The translations under genes and the position numbers were made by a program. This document shows positions 37,491 through 47,957 of a stretch of DNA of 64,000 bases, piece after piece; position 1 is the stretch's first letter; every line of letters starts with the position of its first letter. Location: contig JAZDJU010000037.1 of NCBI GenBank assembly GCA_043803685.1, positions 1-64,000 on the forward strand, read 5' to 3'. The notes under the pieces were generated by a model. That model saw nothing but the letters and a program-made list of their open reading frames with translations, was not told the DNA's origin and ran no database searches. This DNA comes from Candidatus Omnitrophota bacterium. Lineage in GTDB: Bacteria; Omnitrophota; Omnitrophia; Omnitrophales; Aquincolibacteriaceae.

Positions 37491-40248
37491 CATATTTTTT
37501 TAAATACCGCCCTGTATAGGAACGCTCGCACGCCATAAGTCCTTCCACCGTGCCCTGATAGACCACTTCCCCGCCTTTGCTGCCCCCTTCGGGCCCGAGA
37601 TCGATCACGTGGTCCGCGAGACGGATCACCCCCAGATGGTGTTCGATCACAAGAAGCGAATGTCCCCGGTCCATCAATTCCTCAAAAGCCCGGATAAGAT
37701 GCCGCACATCATCTTCGTGAAGCCCTGTGGTCGGTTCATCCAGAAGATAAAGGAGCGATCCGGAACTTTTGCAGGAAAGTTCAAATGCGAGTTTGAGCCG
37801 CTGAGCCTCCCCACCCGACAGGGTCAGCGTCGACTGCCCGAGCTTGAGATATCCGAGACCGATCTTCTTTAAAGTGGATAGCTTCTCCGTAAGCCCCTTG
37901 CTGGCCGTCAAAAAATCCGCGGCCTCCTCGACGGTCATCTGGAGCACCTCGTCGATGTTCTTGCCCTGATACCGGATCTCGAGCACCTCGGGCTTGAAAC
38001 GCTTCCCGTGGCATTCCTCGCACGGCACAAAGATGTCCGCGAGAAAATGCATCTCGACTTTCACCGCGCCGTCGCCCTCGCAGACCGGACAACGCCCCTT
38101 CTCGACATTGAAGGAAAAATACCCCGCGTCGAATCCTTCGCGGCGAGCTTCAGAGGTCGCGGCGAAGAGCTTCCGGATCTCCTCGAACGCCTTCATATAA
38201 GTCGCCGGATTGGAGCGCGGCGAACGGCCCAGAGGCGATTGATCGATCATGGCAATGTCCTCCAAAGGCTCGAACCCGCGGATTTTCTTCACGCTCCCGA
38301 GCTCCTCCTGGGACACGGGCCGACCTTTCGCCTTGAGAAAGTGATTGTAGAGGATCTCATAAAGGAGTGTGCTTTTCCCGGAACCCGAGACGCCCGTCAA
38401 GACCGTGAATTTCCCAAGCGGCACCTCGACATCGATCTCTTTTAAATTATGCGCCTTAGCGCCGTGGATCACGATCCGGTGTTTCGCCGGCGTTGCCGCG
38501 CGAGCCCTTCTTTCGATCCCGCGTTTTCCGGTCAGATATTCCCCCGTCACCGAACCCGGACATCGCTTGAGTTCTTCGACACTTCCCTGAAAGATCAGTT
38601 CGCCGCCCTTCGCGCCTCCCGAAGGCCCGAGATCGATCACCTGGTCCGCGGCGCCGATCATGGTCCGGTCATGCTCCACGACCACTACCGTATTCCCAAG
38701 GTCCCGGAGCTTGCGAAGAAGCGTGATCAGCATCTCGTTGTCACGCTCATGGAGCCCGATACTCGGTTCATCCAGCACGTACAGGGTGTCTACTAGGGCC
38801 GAACCCAAGGAACTGGCCAGATGGATGCGCTCCACCTCCCCGCCCGAAAGCGTTCGCGACATGCGGTCCAGTGTCAGATAACCGAGCCCGACATCCTTCA
38901 GGAACCGGACACGGTTGAGGAGCTCTTCCTGCACCGGCCCTACTTTTTCCTTTTCCCCCGGAGTCAGCTCCAACGTTTCAAGGAACGGAAGGAGCGCTTC
39001 AACACTCAGGGCCTGGACTTCCGCGATGTTTTTTCCTGAAACAAGAAAGTCCAGCGCCTCGGTTTTAAGACGCGTCGTGTGACAAGTTCCGCAGGGCGCG
39101 TAGCCGCGAAAACGGTTGAGAAAGATCCTCACATGCACCTTGTAGGTCTGCTTGTTCATATATTCAAAGAAGCCACGGACGCTCACAAAGTCGTCGCCGG
39201 GATAGCCCTCGAGGATCCATTTCCGGTGCTGGGCCTTGAGCTCCTTCCAGGGCACGCGGATCGGAATGCGCTTGCGCTGGCAGAAGTCGAGAAATTGTCC
39301 CTGTTCCCAGCGGGTACTGGGCGTGGTCCAGGGTTCGATGACCCCGTCACGGATCGACCGATTGCCGTCCGGAACAACGAGATCCCAATCGATCGTAATG
39401 ACACGGCCGAATCCCTGGCAGGACGGACACGCGCCGAGAGGGCTATTAAAAGAAAAAAGGTTCGGCGACGGTTCCGGAAAGGAACGGTTGCAGGAAGAAC
39501 AACGTAGCTTTTCTGAAAACCTCAGGACTTTCCCGGCGACCCACGCCTGGGCATCGCCGCGTCCCAGACGAAAGGCTTGCTCGAGTGAATCGGTAAGTCT
39601 TTCCTTGCGCGAGCCTTCGATCTTCAAAAGGTCCACGCTTACTAAAAGATCCCCTGGGACGGTTTTGGTTCCGAGAAAGGCCGCCGCGTCGAGCCACTTG
39701 CCGGAATGAAAGAAACTGCTGAACCCTTGTCGTTCCAGTTCTGCCAGGTTCTCCCGGAGATATTTCGGGGCCTTTTTCCCAAGCGCCATTTGAAAAACAA
39801 TGCGCGCTTCCTGTCCCCCGAACTCCGCAACCAGGTGCGCCGCCGCTTTGTTGGGATCATACTTTTCGACGGGGACCTGGCACCCGGGGCACAACAAACG
39901 TCCCGCGCGCGCGAACAGGACCCGCAAGTGATCGTTGATCTCGGTCTGAGTCCCGACCGTGGAACGGGCGTTGGTGATCGAATTCTTCGCCTGGATGGCC
40001 AAGGCCGGAGGAATCCCCGATGCGGACTCGAGGTCGGGCTTCGGCATTCGCTCGAGGAACTGACGCGCGTAAGCGGAAACGGATTCGATGTAGCGGCGCT
40101 GACCTTCGGCGTAGAGCGTGTCAAAAGCCAGGGAGGATTTCCCGGAGCCGGAGACACCGGTAATGACGTAGAGTTTCCGGTGCGGAAGTTCGAGATCGAG
40201 ATTCTTTAGATTGTGGGTCTTAACCCCACGGAGCCGGATCGCATCCAA
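37477..40248 (-). CDS. uvrA: Excinuclease ABC subunit A (possibly a UvrA paralog)
   Basis: HNLKN, two GVSGSGKS Walker A motifs, LSGGE signatures, LDEP, zinc fingers. TTG start at 40248 inferred. Confidence 0.95.
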   Translation of the reverse strand: MDAIRLRGVKTHNLKNLDLELPHRKLYVITGVSGSGKSSLAFDTLYAEGQRRYIESVSAYARQFLERMPKPDLESASGIPPALAIQAKNSITNARSTVGTQTEINDHLRVLFARAGRLLCPGCQVPVEKYDPNKAAAHLVAEFGGQEARIVFQMALGKKAPKYLRENLAELERQGFSSFFHSGKWLDAAAFLGTKTVPGDLLVSVDLLKIEGSRKERLTDSLEQAFRLGRGDAQAWVAGKVLRFSEKLRCSSCNRSFPEPSPNLFSFNSPLGACPSCQGFGRVITIDWDLVVPDGNRSIRDGVIEPWTTPSTRWEQGQFLDFCQRKRIPIRVPWKELKAQHRKWILEGYPGDDFVSVRGFFEYMNKQTYKVHVRIFLNRFRGYAPCGTCHTTRLKTEALDFLVSGKNIAEVQALSVEALLPFLETLELTPGEKEKVGPVQEELLNRVRFLKDVGLGYLTLDRMSRTLSGGEVERIHLASSLGSALVDTLYVLDEPSIGLHERDNEMLITLLRKLRDLGNTVVVVEHDRTMIGAADQVIDLGPSGGAKGGELIFQGSVEELKRCPGSVTGEYLTGKRGIERRARAATPAKHRIVIHGAKAHNLKEIDVEVPLGKFTVLTGVSGSGKSTLLYEILYNHFLKAKGRPVSQEELGSVKKIRGFEPLEDIAMIDQSPLGRSPRSNPATYMKAFEEIRKLFAATSEARREGFDAGYFSFNVEKGRCPVCEGDGAVKVEMHFLADIFVPCEECHGKRFKPEVLEIRYQGKNIDEVLQMTVEEAADFLTASKGLTEKLSTLKKIGLGYLKLGQSTLTLSGGEAQRLKLAFELSCKSSGSLLYLLDEPTTGLHEDDVRHLIRAFEELMDRGHSLLVIEHHLGVIRLADHVIDLGPEGGSKGGEVVYQGTVEGLMACERSYTGRYLKKYVGER

Positions 40249-40255
40249 GGGCGGA

Positions 40256-40654
40256 TCAGGATCGGATCTCGCGGCCCAAAGTCTCGCCGATAAGCTCGAG
40301 AAGCTTCTTGCCGCCAAAGACCTTTTGACTCTGGGGATCGATGGAAACGGACGACGTTTGTTGATCCACGCGTTTGATCACAAAGGTGATCACTCTCAGG
40401 TCCGAGTCGTCCAAACGGCTGTAATTCGTGTCCCGGACGCTGATAAAGCCACGCTCTTTGTCGGTCTCCTCGAGCTGCCAATGCTGCGCGTCATTCAAGG
40501 CTTCCAGAGTCCTGAGATAGGTCAGGTCATACGGCAGTTTGTAAACGAGCACCGCATCATTGGGAGGAAGGACTTCCCCCACGGAGTTGCATCCGGCAAG
40601 ACTCAAACCGAGAATCAGAACAACCAACAATTTCGAAAAAAACTTCATGGACAT
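40256..40654 (-). CDS. Small lipoprotein
   Basis: MKFFSKLLVVLILGLSLAGC lipobox; AAGGAG SD. Confidence 0.88.
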   Translation of the reverse strand: MSMKFFSKLLVVLILGLSLAGCNSVGEVLPPNDAVLVYKLPYDLTYLRTLEALNDAQHWQLEETDKERGFISVRDTNYSRLDDSDLRVITFVIKRVDQQTSSVSIDPQSQKVFGGKKLLELIGETLGREIRS

Positions 40655-40662
40655 TTCTCCTT

Positions 40663-40766
40663 ACCCCGTTAGAGATTTCAACTCACTCTTGGGATCACTT
40701 TGAACAGTTATCTCGGCCACTCACAATATTTGCCCGTCTTAAGAAATGCAAGATCTCTAACGGCGC
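40663..40766. mobile_element. MITE-like ~100-bp element with terminal inverted repeats, copy 2
   Basis: CCGTTAGAGAT (40666-40676) / ATCTCTAACGG (40753-40763); internal TTGCAT-17-TATTGT on the minus strand. Confidence 0.6.
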
Positions 40767-43700
40767 TTAGAATTTCCCGGTCATGCGCACGAACGGCCCG
40801 TGACTCTTGAAGCTGTTGGTGTCGCGAAGATCATCGCTGAAATCGGTGAAATTATATCCCACCCCGAGGCGAACGTATTCATAAAATTCACGGTCGATCT
40901 CGACCAGAGCGCCCTGCTTCAAGGTATCAAGGGCGTAGGTCTGCGCCAGAATCCGGTATTCGAGAGCCAGGTCCCATTTACGCGTCACGTGGAAGTTGAT
41001 CCTGTTCGCGGAAAGGAACGCATTCACATTGACCGTGTCACCCGTAGAACTGTGTGTCCACGAGTGCTTAAAGGCCAGTTTCTCCACAAGGCTAAAATAG
41101 CGGTTCACGTCATAAGCCACGTCCGTCGCGAGGATATGGGCCGACTGGTCGAATTGATACCCGCCGTACTGGTTGTCATTGTACTGCGCATCAGAACCAA
41201 GGTCGCGAAGATAAGTGTAACGCGCGAGAAGGTTCAACTTGTCCAGTTTGATGGGACGGTAGGCAAACCCCGTGCTGCATTCCATGAAATTCGCCGGAGT
41301 GTTATTGGGATCCGTCTGACGGGTATCCCCGTAATTCATGTAGGAAAGGAAGCCCAGGTCTTCGTTGATCTGATAGCTGAAGGAATTACGCGTGACGATC
41401 TGTCCGATGTTGGGAGAATCCTGATCGTGACGCAATTCCCAGTAGGTCCGCGCCCGAAGCTTCTTGCCGTTCGCGTAGGCCAAGTTGGCGCCCGCGGTGT
41501 TATAATCGTTGGCGCGAATAAGCGAATTCTGCGCCGACTGATCGAGCAACCGGGTGCTGGAACCCTGCAGGTGGCGACGTTCATACTTCGCGCCGTAATC
41601 CCAATGGTCCCCCGCCTTTCCTTCGTAACCCAGAATGTCCGCGGCGCTGTCACTTCCATGATAGGAAGAATATTCGCGCTCCGAATAGACGCGCGACTTT
41701 TCCGTGAGCGCGAACGAATTCCCGATCGCGGTCGCGAGCGTCTTATCTCCGATCCCGCGATCCATGGAACGGATATTCGCGTAGCTGCGCGCGCCGTTGG
41801 GGTGCTGGCGCTCGAACCCGAAATAGGTCGAATCTCCGAGAGGCCCGATCATTTCTTCCAGGTAGGCAAAGAGATTGTTCACGATCTGATAACGCACACC
41901 ACCGCCGAACTGATTGTCATGCCATCCCCCGATCGCGGTCTGGACCTTTACGTAAGGCAGGAGCCGGTCATTAACGTGATAGCCCAATTTTCCCGTAACC
42001 CCGTTCCTAAAAGGGATCTGGTTCGTGAGATCCGGCAACAGATTGCCGACATCCTGAACCTGATCCAGATTGCGCCGCTGATATTCCAGTTCCGCGAGAT
42101 ATTTGCCGTCGTCATATGCAAGCTGGGCGGTCTGAACCTCAAGGGTCTGGTAAGGCGCGAGGGTATTCGTAACATTCAGAGGCATCAGTTCACTCAGAAC
42201 AGAGGAACGGTCATAACGATACCGGGCAGACAAACTATCCGTGAACTTGTACCGCGTGGATAGTCCGTACTTTTGTAAGCCTTCCTGGTCGCGCATATAA
42301 CCGTTCGAAAAACCCGGATCCACGCCCTGAACATAACCGCTTGTCTCAAGACGCTTGACGGGTTCGGAAGAAGCGCGGATCAGGTACGCGCCCTCCTGCT
42401 CCTTTTGATGCCTCCCACTCAGGGAACTCAGATCCGCGTAGCTAATACCGCCATCATAGGAAACCGAGGTCCCCGTTTGAGGGTTGATCGTCCGCGCGTA
42501 TTCCGCCGTCAACTTCGTATTGCGCCCAAACTTCATCATGGCGTCCACGCCGACCATGTCATAATCCTTGCCGGGCCGGTGTTCCGTAACCCCGGTCGCG
42601 CCGAGCCTCACGTGATCGCCCATCCAGGTGTATCCTCGAATACCTTGGTTCGTGACCGAAGGATTGACCGAGGTGGGATCGTATTCATAATCCACGATCA
42701 GGTAGACCGGACTTCCGTCCAGAATATCGACGGACGTCATGGTATCGGCCGCGGCCATAGAAGAAAGAGGCCGGGAAAGAAGGATGCGGCCTTCTCCATA
42801 AATGATCTCGTAATCGACGCCTTCCTGAAGATCGTAGCTTGCGACCGTCATGTTCTGGATCTTGTCACGGATCTCGACGCGGATCTTCTCGCTGCCCTCC
42901 ACGATATTCCGGTTACGCGTGTAGAAGAGAGAACCCCCGGTGGCGTAAAGTTCGTTATGGTCCGCCTGGTGTTTAGAATCCGCGCTAAAAACTTTGAATC
43001 CCCGCTTCGGATCGCCGTAGGCCGTACTCGAGACCGTGTCGAAGTTGACCTTCAACCCGGAAAGCGTGCGATTATAGGTAGCAAGCTCGGTGTCCGTGAA
43101 CGCGGTCTTGAAGCTCCCCCACTGCGCGTAAGAGCGGTCCATTTCAACCAACACGAAAAGTTTCTGGGCCGTGTCCTTCGCCTGGTAATCGCGCGTCGAA
43201 TTGTCCCCGTAGATCGGATAGTAGTCGTTCGGATTGAGGTTCGTGAAAAGCGCGGTCCCTTCGGCCGCGGTGTCGTACTTCGCCTTCACAAGGAACTTGC
43301 CCTTGAGCTTCCCCTTCAAAAAGAGAGACATGCGGCCCTGCTCGCGGAACCCGTCGCGATAGACGTCGGACTCCGCGGCCTCCATCGCGCCCGTCGCTTC
43401 GTTCAAACCGAGCTGTTCTTCACCCAAAGCCACCATGAAGAACATGCTGTCCTTCACCTTAACCTTCTTATGGAAGCTCGTGATCTCTCCCTCCGGCGTC
43501 GTGGCCGACACGGTCATGTCATATTCGCCAGGCTCCACGATGAATTCCTTGTGGAACATACCGCTCTCCGAATCGACCGTCACGGGAGTCTCGTTGATCA
43601 TGATCTTGTTCTTGGGCAAAGTCTTTCCCTGCACGCGAACGACCGGTTTCGCCACAAGAGGAATGCTTCGTTTGCCGTCCTTAAAGAGATTGAAATCACC

Positions 43701-45431
43701 CACGGGAGGGATCTCGGGATGATAGTTCGCCTTACCCTTAGGATCCATCTTGGTCATGACTTCGAAAAATTTCAGCGGGGTCCAGTCCTCGCGGTTCTTG
43801 GCATCACGAACCTTGAATTGATAGGAGTAGATCCCGGGCTTGACCAAAAGCCCTTGATTGGTGATCCCGGACCATGTCACTTCCGGCGGCGGCTGCCCGA
43901 CCCCGTAACCGGTCCAAACAGGCTGTCCCATTTCGTCACGAACCTCAACCGTCCACTTCCTGATGAATTTCCCGTAATTGTTGTCGAACGTGAAGCTGGG
44001 TTCTTTCTCAAGAACGCCCACTCCAAGTTTCAGGACGTCAGGAGACACCTGCACGTCCAGGGTCGATTCCGCTACATCCACGCCCTGCGTGACCATCACG
44101 CTCAGATCTTTCTGAAAAGCCTCGGGGATCTCTGAGGGCGGCAACAGCACCGCAAAGTTCGCCTTGTTCATGATGCCCGGCGTGGTCTTCACAAGATACG
44201 CTTCTTCCGTAATGAACTTCGTCCCTTCGGGCAGGCTATGACCGTCGATCTTCACCACGTGCCGGCCGGGGCTCACTCCAGGAATATGATAGAGACCATT
44301 CTCATCGGTGACGATCGCGATTCCTTCCTCCGTATAAAGATGGGCCCAAGGAACTCCGACCTCACCACAATCCTGGACGCCGTTCTGGTTAAGGTCGTTA
44401 AAAACCTTTCCGATGATCGTTCCCTGTTCAAAGACCGGATCGCCCTGGACCATGAACTTCAAGGTCGCTGTTTCCGAAAGCGTGCCAGCCCCCACCAAGG
44501 TAAACTCCATCGAATACTCTTTCCCGATCTGGACACCGCTTGTCACGAGCAATGAAAAGCTCGTGGTATACACCTCGCCGGCTCCGATCGCCCCCACAGG
44601 GATGATCAAAGATCCTTCCCGGTAGCTGGCCTGCTGACCGTTCACGCGGATCGATTTCGCGGCGTAGTCGAAACCGTGAGGCAGGGTCGCCCTGAGCTCC
44701 ACGCCGGTTAACGTATTTCCGGAAGCGTTGTTATAGCGGGCATTGATCCCTACGGCATCCCCCGGCGCGACATTCCGTTTCGAAGCGGACACGCTCAATT
44801 TTTCGGGATTCACTTCGCCGTTGGCTTTATCAAAACAGACGATCCCCGCAGCGCCCCCGAAAGTCCTGAGAGTGAAAACAACGCGCTGGGTTCCCGCAGG
44901 AGCAGTCCCTGCCGCCGTGAATGTTTGAAATCCTGCGCCGGCGTTGGCGTTGGCGGTCGTGATATAGACGGAAGGTGCGGTTGAAATAAGCGTGTCCGAA
45001 CCGTCGGGATTGATCTTCTTGAACTCAATGACAAGCTGACCGCCCTGGTTCCCGGCGCCTATCAAGATGGTGGACTCTGCCAAAGCGCTGAACGTAACGT
45101 ATTGCCCGGGTTTTACATTGTTCGCGACCTGGAAAGTGAAGTTCCCCGCGAGGCTGTTCTGACTGATCGCAAAGAGTCCATCGGGAACATTGGAAAACCC
45201 TCCCACAGGCTTAGTCGTGTTGGTGAAACGGGTGGTGCCGTTCGTGCTGTCCCAGTTTCCGTTGGAACCGCTCCCGATATCACTCTCGAAACTATAGTTT
45301 CCGAGCAGGTTCGCAAAGGCGAGCGGCACGCCAAAGGCCACAAAGCAGACCAGAAAACAAGCGAGCGGGAAGAAGTTCTTCATCTTCTTTTTTCCATCGC
45401 TTTTCCGTTCTGTCGTGACTTGGAGGCTCAT
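40767..45431 (-). CDS. Very large multidomain surface/outer-membrane protein (CBM-like, DUF11-like, SdrD-B-like, Ig-like domains, C-terminal beta-barrel-like region)
   Basis: Signal peptide (ATG at 45431 or 45383); NLLGNYSFE; LSVSASKRNVAPGD...LPHGFDY; GKVFNDLNQNGVQD; long alternating beta-strand C-terminus ending in Phe. Confidence 0.85.
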   Translation of the reverse strand: MSLQVTTERKSDGKKKMKNFFPLACFLVCFVAFGVPLAFANLLGNYSFESDIGSGSNGNWDSTNGTTRFTNTTKPVGGFSNVPDGLFAISQNSLAGNFTFQVANNVKPGQYVTFSALAESTILIGAGNQGGQLVIEFKKINPDGSDTLISTAPSVYITTANANAGAGFQTFTAAGTAPAGTQRVVFTLRTFGGAAGIVCFDKANGEVNPEKLSVSASKRNVAPGDAVGINARYNNASGNTLTGVELRATLPHGFDYAAKSIRVNGQQASYREGSLIIPVGAIGAGEVYTTSFSLLVTSGVQIGKEYSMEFTLVGAGTLSETATLKFMVQGDPVFEQGTIIGKVFNDLNQNGVQDCGEVGVPWAHLYTEEGIAIVTDENGLYHIPGVSPGRHVVKIDGHSLPEGTKFITEEAYLVKTTPGIMNKANFAVLLPPSEIPEAFQKDLSVMVTQGVDVAESTLDVQVSPDVLKLGVGVLEKEPSFTFDNNYGKFIRKWTVEVRDEMGQPVWTGYGVGQPPPEVTWSGITNQGLLVKPGIYSYQFKVRDAKNREDWTPLKFFEVMTKMDPKGKANYHPEIPPVGDFNLFKDGKRSIPLVAKPVVRVQGKTLPKNKIMINETPVTVDSESGMFHKEFIVEPGEYDMTVSATTPEGEITSFHKKVKVKDSMFFMVALGEEQLGLNEATGAMEAAESDVYRDGFREQGRMSLFLKGKLKGKFLVKAKYDTAAEGTALFTNLNPNDYYPIYGDNSTRDYQAKDTAQKLFVLVEMDRSYAQWGSFKTAFTDTELATYNRTLSGLKVNFDTVSSTAYGDPKRGFKVFSADSKHQADHNELYATGGSLFYTRNRNIVEGSEKIRVEIRDKIQNMTVASYDLQEGVDYEIIYGEGRILLSRPLSSMAAADTMTSVDILDGSPVYLIVDYEYDPTSVNPSVTNQGIRGYTWMGDHVRLGATGVTEHRPGKDYDMVGVDAMMKFGRNTKLTAEYARTINPQTGTSVSYDGGISYADLSSLSGRHQKEQEGAYLIRASSEPVKRLETSGYVQGVDPGFSNGYMRDQEGLQKYGLSTRYKFTDSLSARYRYDRSSVLSELMPLNVTNTLAPYQTLEVQTAQLAYDDGKYLAELEYQRRNLDQVQDVGNLLPDLTNQIPFRNGVTGKLGYHVNDRLLPYVKVQTAIGGWHDNQFGGGVRYQIVNNLFAYLEEMIGPLGDSTYFGFERQHPNGARSYANIRSMDRGIGDKTLATAIGNSFALTEKSRVYSEREYSSYHGSDSAADILGYEGKAGDHWDYGAKYERRHLQGSSTRLLDQSAQNSLIRANDYNTAGANLAYANGKKLRARTYWELRHDQDSPNIGQIVTRNSFSYQINEDLGFLSYMNYGDTRQTDPNNTPANFMECSTGFAYRPIKLDKLNLLARYTYLRDLGSDAQYNDNQYGGYQFDQSAHILATDVAYDVNRYFSLVEKLAFKHSWTHSSTGDTVNVNAFLSANRINFHVTRKWDLALEYRILAQTYALDTLKQGALVEIDREFYEYVRLGVGYNFTDFSDDLRDTNSFKSHGPFVRMTGKF

Positions 45432-45450
45432 AAAGTTCTTATCGTCAGAG

Positions 45451-47094
45451 TTAGAAACGCCGGCTCGAAAACTTGAAACCGAAACGAAGATCGTAATTGG
45501 GGATGAGCGGCGCCTCCCCTTCCTGCTTGACGCGCTGGGCTCCGCCGATACCGCACCACTCGCCGAAGATCGCCATCTTGGAAAGCCACTCGTTCTCTTT
45601 CCACCGGTAATTCCTGAACGGCATGATCCGCATCCCCGCCGCCACAAAAAACTGGTTCTGATACCAGAATGAGAACTCCGCGTTGTTCACGTGCTCGAAG
45701 CGCATGTACGGCATCAACACCAGTTCGTCATTGATGTAATTGTGAGGGAGAGGGATCCCGGGAAGTTTGACGCCCAAAATGACCGAAGAGTTGGCGATAA
45801 GCGCGTTGAAACTTTTTTCGGAACTGAACCCCGTTTTGGAGACATAGTAATTTCCGAAATACTCGCCCCAAACATACTGGCGGATATAATCCGAAAAAAC
45901 TTCGGGCTTCGCCTCGTCGAGCGGCGGAAGTTCCGTGCCCCATTCGTAGTAGCACTGAACACCCCAGATAAGCTCATTGTCCCGGCTGCCCGTAATATCC
46001 CCTTTGAGATTGTAAAGATTGCCGTACTTGATATAGAAGCGGTAATTGCGCATCCATTCGAGGATCGGAATGCCGCCGAAGGGCTGGAAATTGAGAAGCC
46101 AGGGATTACGCGCGAGAGGTCGCCATTCCAACCCCGCGAACACCTGGAGATTGCTGGCATAATCCGCGGAATCGGACTGCAAGCTGACCGTCTCTTCGAT
46201 GAAAGGGTCGATATTGTGCAGGGGGAAACGGATCCCGCTAAAAACCAAACGATTGGTCCAGTAGCCGACCTGGGTGTCGAAATGATTGGAAGCGAGGTTT
46301 GTGAGACGCCAGCTACTCTCGCCGAAAGACTGCCAAGTGATCGACGTGCCGCACGGAGGTCCCTGAAGGACTCCGTACATCTTTTCCCCGATGCCCAGCT
46401 GGTCCGTGAACTTAAGAATGAGTTCTTCTTCCTTCTGGAATTGCGCGGGCGTCTTGATCTCGATCGGTTTCTCAACCTCGGGTACGTAGAACGGCGTGGA
46501 GCGCACGGCCTCTGAAAAATTCCCACCCTGGAGCTCAACGTTCGTCTTGCTCGCAATGATCGCCGTCATGGCTTCTTCCGATGACGCAAACGCCCGGTCC
46601 CCGACCCAGAAAAGGTTCGCGACGCCGCCCTTCGCATTGGGAATGGAAAGCTGACGTATCTCGACGCCCTGGAAATTGGCGGTCTTGACATTCTTCTTCA
46701 CATAATCATCGAAGGCCTTCATATCTTTAAAGCCGGAGAGAGGCCGGGACTTCACAGCGCCGCCGCCGAAATCTGTGATCACGGAGAATTCGGAATCATG
46801 CTCACGAGAGTGGCTCTTCAAGACCGGGAACCCACGGACCTGGGTCACCTTATGATCAAGCTTCTGTGAACCGGAGGCAAAAAAACGTTCTGCAAAAGGA
46901 TTGGAAGCGGGTTTGACCGGAACCGAAGACTTGGGGCTTTTCTTCGCCGCCTCCAAAACAGAAACAGCTTCTTTCTTTACGGGCGCAACGACAGGCTTGA
47001 TCTCAATGACGGGAGTTGTTTCTTGAGCGAAGGAGGAAAAGGCTGTAGACAGGAAAATAGCGATGAGGACTATTAAAAAGTTTTTAACTCTCAT
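45451..47094 (-). CDS. Exported hypothetical protein, probable outer-membrane beta-barrel C-terminus
   Basis: Signal peptide, Lys/Pro linker, aromatic-rich beta-strand C-terminal half ending LRFGFKFSSRRF. Confidence 0.8.
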   Translation of the reverse strand: MRVKNFLIVLIAIFLSTAFSSFAQETTPVIEIKPVVAPVKKEAVSVLEAAKKSPKSSVPVKPASNPFAERFFASGSQKLDHKVTQVRGFPVLKSHSREHDSEFSVITDFGGGAVKSRPLSGFKDMKAFDDYVKKNVKTANFQGVEIRQLSIPNAKGGVANLFWVGDRAFASSEEAMTAIIASKTNVELQGGNFSEAVRSTPFYVPEVEKPIEIKTPAQFQKEEELILKFTDQLGIGEKMYGVLQGPPCGTSITWQSFGESSWRLTNLASNHFDTQVGYWTNRLVFSGIRFPLHNIDPFIEETVSLQSDSADYASNLQVFAGLEWRPLARNPWLLNFQPFGGIPILEWMRNYRFYIKYGNLYNLKGDITGSRDNELIWGVQCYYEWGTELPPLDEAKPEVFSDYIRQYVWGEYFGNYYVSKTGFSSEKSFNALIANSSVILGVKLPGIPLPHNYINDELVLMPYMRFEHVNNAEFSFWYQNQFFVAAGMRIMPFRNYRWKENEWLSKMAIFGEWCGIGGAQRVKQEGEAPLIPNYDLRFGFKFSSRRF

Positions 47095-47156
47095 CGCCGA
47101 TAAGTTTTTTCTTTTGTTGTAACGCTTTGAAAAACTTCGGGAAAGGATCCGCTGGG

Positions 47157-47957
47157 CTATATTCCCAACACTTGGTGCATATGATAAAGACCTTGCCGCT
47201 TTTTCGCAAGGAATTTTGCCGCTAAAATAGCCCCCCGGCCAAAGGCCTCTCGGGACGAGGCCTTGTGGACTAGTTCCACCCGCTCGCCGTCCCCGAAGAA
47301 AGACACCGTGTGGTCTCCGATAACGTCCCCGCCCCGGAGCGCAAAGACCCCGATCTTGCCCTTCTCCCGGGTGCCGGTCTCGCCTTCACGCCCGTAGATC
47401 ACGTCTTTTTTGAGGTTCCGTCCGCGCACCGCGAGCAGGATCTCCAGAAGCTTCATGGCCGTGCCGCTCGGCGCGTCCTTCTTCATCCGGTGATGGACTT
47501 CCGCGATCTCAAGATCATAGCTCTCATCCAGCACCTTGCCGGCAATGGCCGCCAGTTTGAAAAGCAGGTTCACGCCCACGCTCATATTGGGAGACTGAAT
47601 GACCGGGATCTTGCGAGAAGCCGCCTGGATCTGCCGGAGCGTCGCTTCCGGGATCCCCGTGGCCCCGAACACACAAGCCGTGCGCGTTTTGACGGCGGCC
47701 TTGAGGTTTTCCGGGAGCGCCGAGAAATGGCTGAAATCGATCAGAACGTCCGCCTGCTTCATCGCGGCCGTTGCGTCCTGCGTCACTTTCACCCCCATCA
47801 GGTCCCGGCCAAGGATCGGCCCGAGGTCCTGACCTAACGCGGCGTGTCCACGCTGTTCGAGCGCGCCCACGATCTTGAAAGCCTTGTCCTGCATCGCCAG
47901 TTGAAGAATGATCTTCCCCATCCGCCCCGCGGCGCCGGCCATCACGAGCTTGATCAT
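47157..47957 (-). CDS. dapB: 4-hydroxy-tetrahydrodipicolinate reductase
   Basis: GAAGRMG, IDFS, PNMSVGVN, EVHHRMKKDAPSGTA, RGGDVIGDH. Confidence 0.97.
   Translation of the reverse strand: MIKLVMAGAAGRMGKIILQLAMQDKAFKIVGALEQRGHAALGQDLGPILGRDLMGVKVTQDATAAMKQADVLIDFSHFSALPENLKAAVKTRTACVFGATGIPEATLRQIQAASRKIPVIQSPNMSVGVNLLFKLAAIAGKVLDESYDLEIAEVHHRMKKDAPSGTAMKLLEILLAVRGRNLKKDVIYGREGETGTREKGKIGVFALRGGDVIGDHTVSFFGDGERVELVHKASSREAFGRGAILAAKFLAKKRQGLYHMHQVLGI

Noticed and set aside
40800..44135. Long plus-strand ORFs (487 and 576 aa)
   Set aside because: Antisense to the large surface protein. Typical GC-rich shadow frames, like most plus-strand ORFs in the track.
45432..45647. N-terminal 72 aa of the 1626-aa track ORF
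   Set aside because: Overlaps the upstream gene; the signal peptide indicates a start at 45431 or 45383.
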